A stretch of DNA of 64,000 nt, from positions 62,001 through 126,000 of the forward strand of contig MU008156.1 of NCBI GenBank assembly GCA_010909165.1, read 5' to 3'. The stretch comes from Anthoceros angustus. Lineage: Eukaryota > Plantae > Anthocerotophyta. Within the stretch, counting starts at the first letter, position 1, and the number at the start of each line of letters is the position of its first letter. A model generated the notes under the pieces. That model was not told the DNA's origin, did no database searches, and saw only the letters and a list, made by a program, of their open reading frames with translations. Position numbers and translations under genes: made by a program. Shown in pieces: positions 61,801-64,000 of this stretch.

Positions 61801-64000
61801 CTGCGGGAGGCCTCCTGGTGGCCTCGAGGGTCTGCCCGGCTCAAGCAGCGAACTTGGCAATAGAGGCGGGCCCGGCCAAGCCGGCTGACAGCTCGCTGGG
61901 AGCACCTATGGCGAGAGAGTATCGGGTGCTCGGAGCGCATGTGGAAGAGGCAATCCGACCGTCGACTCGGTTTTGCCTACTACCACGAGCTCCTCAAGGC
62001 TTTGGAAGCTTGGCGTCACCCGCGACAAGCTGCGGGCCGGACCTCGGGAAGGAGTCGGAAGGAGTGGAAGGAGAAGAAGGCCGCAGGGGGCAGGGGCCTT
62101 GGTGGCGTTGTTCGAGGGGCGGCAGCGGAGAAGGAACCTCGAGGAGGCGAGCCGATCGGCGTGGCGAGGCATGAGGTAAGCCGGCCGCAACCCTCACAGG
62201 AGAATAGGAGCGAGGACCTCGAAGGGTAGAGAGGAGGGACCGGACACTCGGGACTGAGGTCCTTATCATGTCCAGGAGCCAAGTCCGAGTCACTCCGGAC
62301 CGATCTGGCGGTCCTTAACGGACCGAGAGATGCCCACCACCAGATTTCTGGTGCCTCTCCGGTAGCAGGCATGGGGGAGACACTGCAGCGAGTCACAGCA
62401 ACCGTCATGGGCCAGTATGCTCTGGGGGCCTCTGCGGGGCAGAAGACCCAAGTAGAGGCCACCAGAGGCGCATGGTGCTCCTCCGGGAGGCAGTGGAGGC
62501 GGCCAAGAAGAAGGCGGAGTCCCTCGCTCGAATCGAGGAGGGAAAGCGTCGAGCGGAGGCGGGAGGTCGTCTATTGACAAGAGGACCAAGGTCCTTGTTG
62601 TGCAAGCAGTGAGCGGCATAAAAGGCCCAAGCAGGCGAGAGAACCTATGCGGTGGCGAAGCGGGGCGCAAGGAGAGTTGGAGGAAGCAGAAGGCAGGAGG
62701 CGGCTCGAGACACAGTCGGCGGCTCGGCGGGAACAACACCAAGCCCATGACTCGAGGTGAAGGCGGCGCGGGAGGCGGAAGCACAGACTAAGACAAGTGA
62801 TCATTACCGAGATCGAAACCGGTGGAGGGAGGCAGCGGGGCGGTAGTGGCTAACTGAAGAAGCGGTGGCGTGGAGGCGAGCCGGACCAGCCGTGCGAGAA
62901 GAAAGAGGCCGGCAACAAGGAGATGGAGGATCTCGGGCTCGATTCTGTAGGCGGAGGAGCAGCGGGGAGATGGAAGGCCGCAGGAGACCTTGGAGCTGGC
63001 TCTAAGACACTGTCAGCCAGGAGCTCTTGGGCGTGATCGGCGGTCTCTGGCCGGCGGTGGGGCGGCTCCAGCTACATTGGAGGCGGAGGAGGTAAGGCGA
63101 TGGAACAAGCGGGGCGTCGCCGAAATGGAGAAGGACACGGGCGAAGCACGAAATCGGGAGTTGCCGGACCGCTGGGCTCAGTCCCGATGGAAGGCGGAGG
63201 GGCGTTGCGCCATGGCGGGAAGGCGGAGGTGCGAAGCGAAGAGGCTGGAGGCGGCCAAGAAGGCGGAGGAGAGGCCTCCTGGTGGCCTCGCGAGTCTGCC
63301 CGGCTCAAGCCAGACACAGCAATAGAGGCAGGCCGGCAAGCCGGGCTGACCGCAGCTGCGGAGCACCTATGGCGAAGAGAGTATGGTGCTCGGGCGCATG
63401 TGGAAGGCAATCCGACCGTCGACGGTTTTGCCTACTACCCTGAGCTCCTCAAGGCTTTGGAAGCTTCGCGTCACCCGCGACAACTGGACGGACCTCCGGA
63501 AGGGTCAGAAGGAGTGGAAGGAGAAGAAGGCACGGGGACAGCACCGGGGCCTTGGTGGCGTTGTTCGAGGGGCGGCGGCAGCGGAGAAGGAACCTCGAGG
63601 AGGCGAGCAGCGTCGGCGTGGCAGGGCATGAGGTAAGCCAGCCGCAACCCTCTGGGGAGAATAGGAACGAGGACCTCGAAAGGGGTAGAGAGGAGGGACC
63701 AGGACCTAAGCGGAGGTCCGATGAGTGGGCATGGACCCCAGTCAAGAACCGGAAGTCCGAGAGGCGGAGGTCCGACCCGGTAAAGTTCGGACCGAGGTCC
63801 GAACTCCAGTGAGCGGACCACGAGGTCGGGACTCCAGTTTATAAGGCCGATCCTTGAAGATCGGACCCGGTCGAGACGGACCGAGAGTCCGGACTCGGAG
63901 AGAGGAAGTCACCGACGGCCGCTCGGGAGCTGACCACCTAGTGGTCCCTGAGGCGGGGACCCACTCGAGGGCCGGAGAGGAGGATGTGGTGGTTCTGCAG
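58850..64000 (-). repeat. GC-rich, multiply duplicated region (0.6-0.8-kb blocks, ~2.2-kb higher order), probably a decayed retroelement ORF1/gag-like region
   Basis: 59330-59920, 59930-60620 and 62235-62820 are related; 60620-61400, 61430-62170 and 62845-63640 are related. The minus strand has Cys/His repeats (ECADYVNR). Confidence 0.7.

Noticed and set aside
59500-63800. Dozens of overlapping 60-240-aa ORFs as genes
   Set aside because: High GC content and duplication explain the open frames, and frames are not preserved between copies.
1-64000. tRNA or rRNA genes
   Set aside because: None recognised; only tRNA-complementary PBS motifs are present.

Overview
Eukaryotic nuclear DNA from a non-seed land plant. 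A hornwort is the best guess, because the window holds a PLS-PPR with extended ('long-L') repeats and a DYW:KP-type editing factor ending in GRP; a lycophyte or fern cannot be excluded. Four host genes are recognisable: an intact 1022-aa PLS-E PPR (12132-15200 +), a frameshifted PPR-DYW:KP/GRP gene with an N-terminal OSB-type PDF motif (18957-16087 -), UPF3 (~21302-23656 +) and a signal-peptide polyphenol oxidase (56436 to ~53800 -). The rest is nested mobile DNA: a Sola2-like DDD transposase next to a degenerate prokaryote-type beta-class N4/N6 DNA methyltransferase; a CRE-like RLE non-LTR element with a perfect 40-bp target-site duplication, interrupted at its RT active site by a Copia; a TIR element interrupted by a second Copia with a conserved extra ORF upstream of gag and an antisense ORF near the 3' LTR; a CACTA transposase fragment; and GC-rich tandem arrays at both ends. 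Single-base indels cluster in repeated and GC-rich DNA, so some apparent pseudogenisation may be long-read consensus error. All family assignments are from motif recognition by eye; no searches were run, and element boundaries are approximate.
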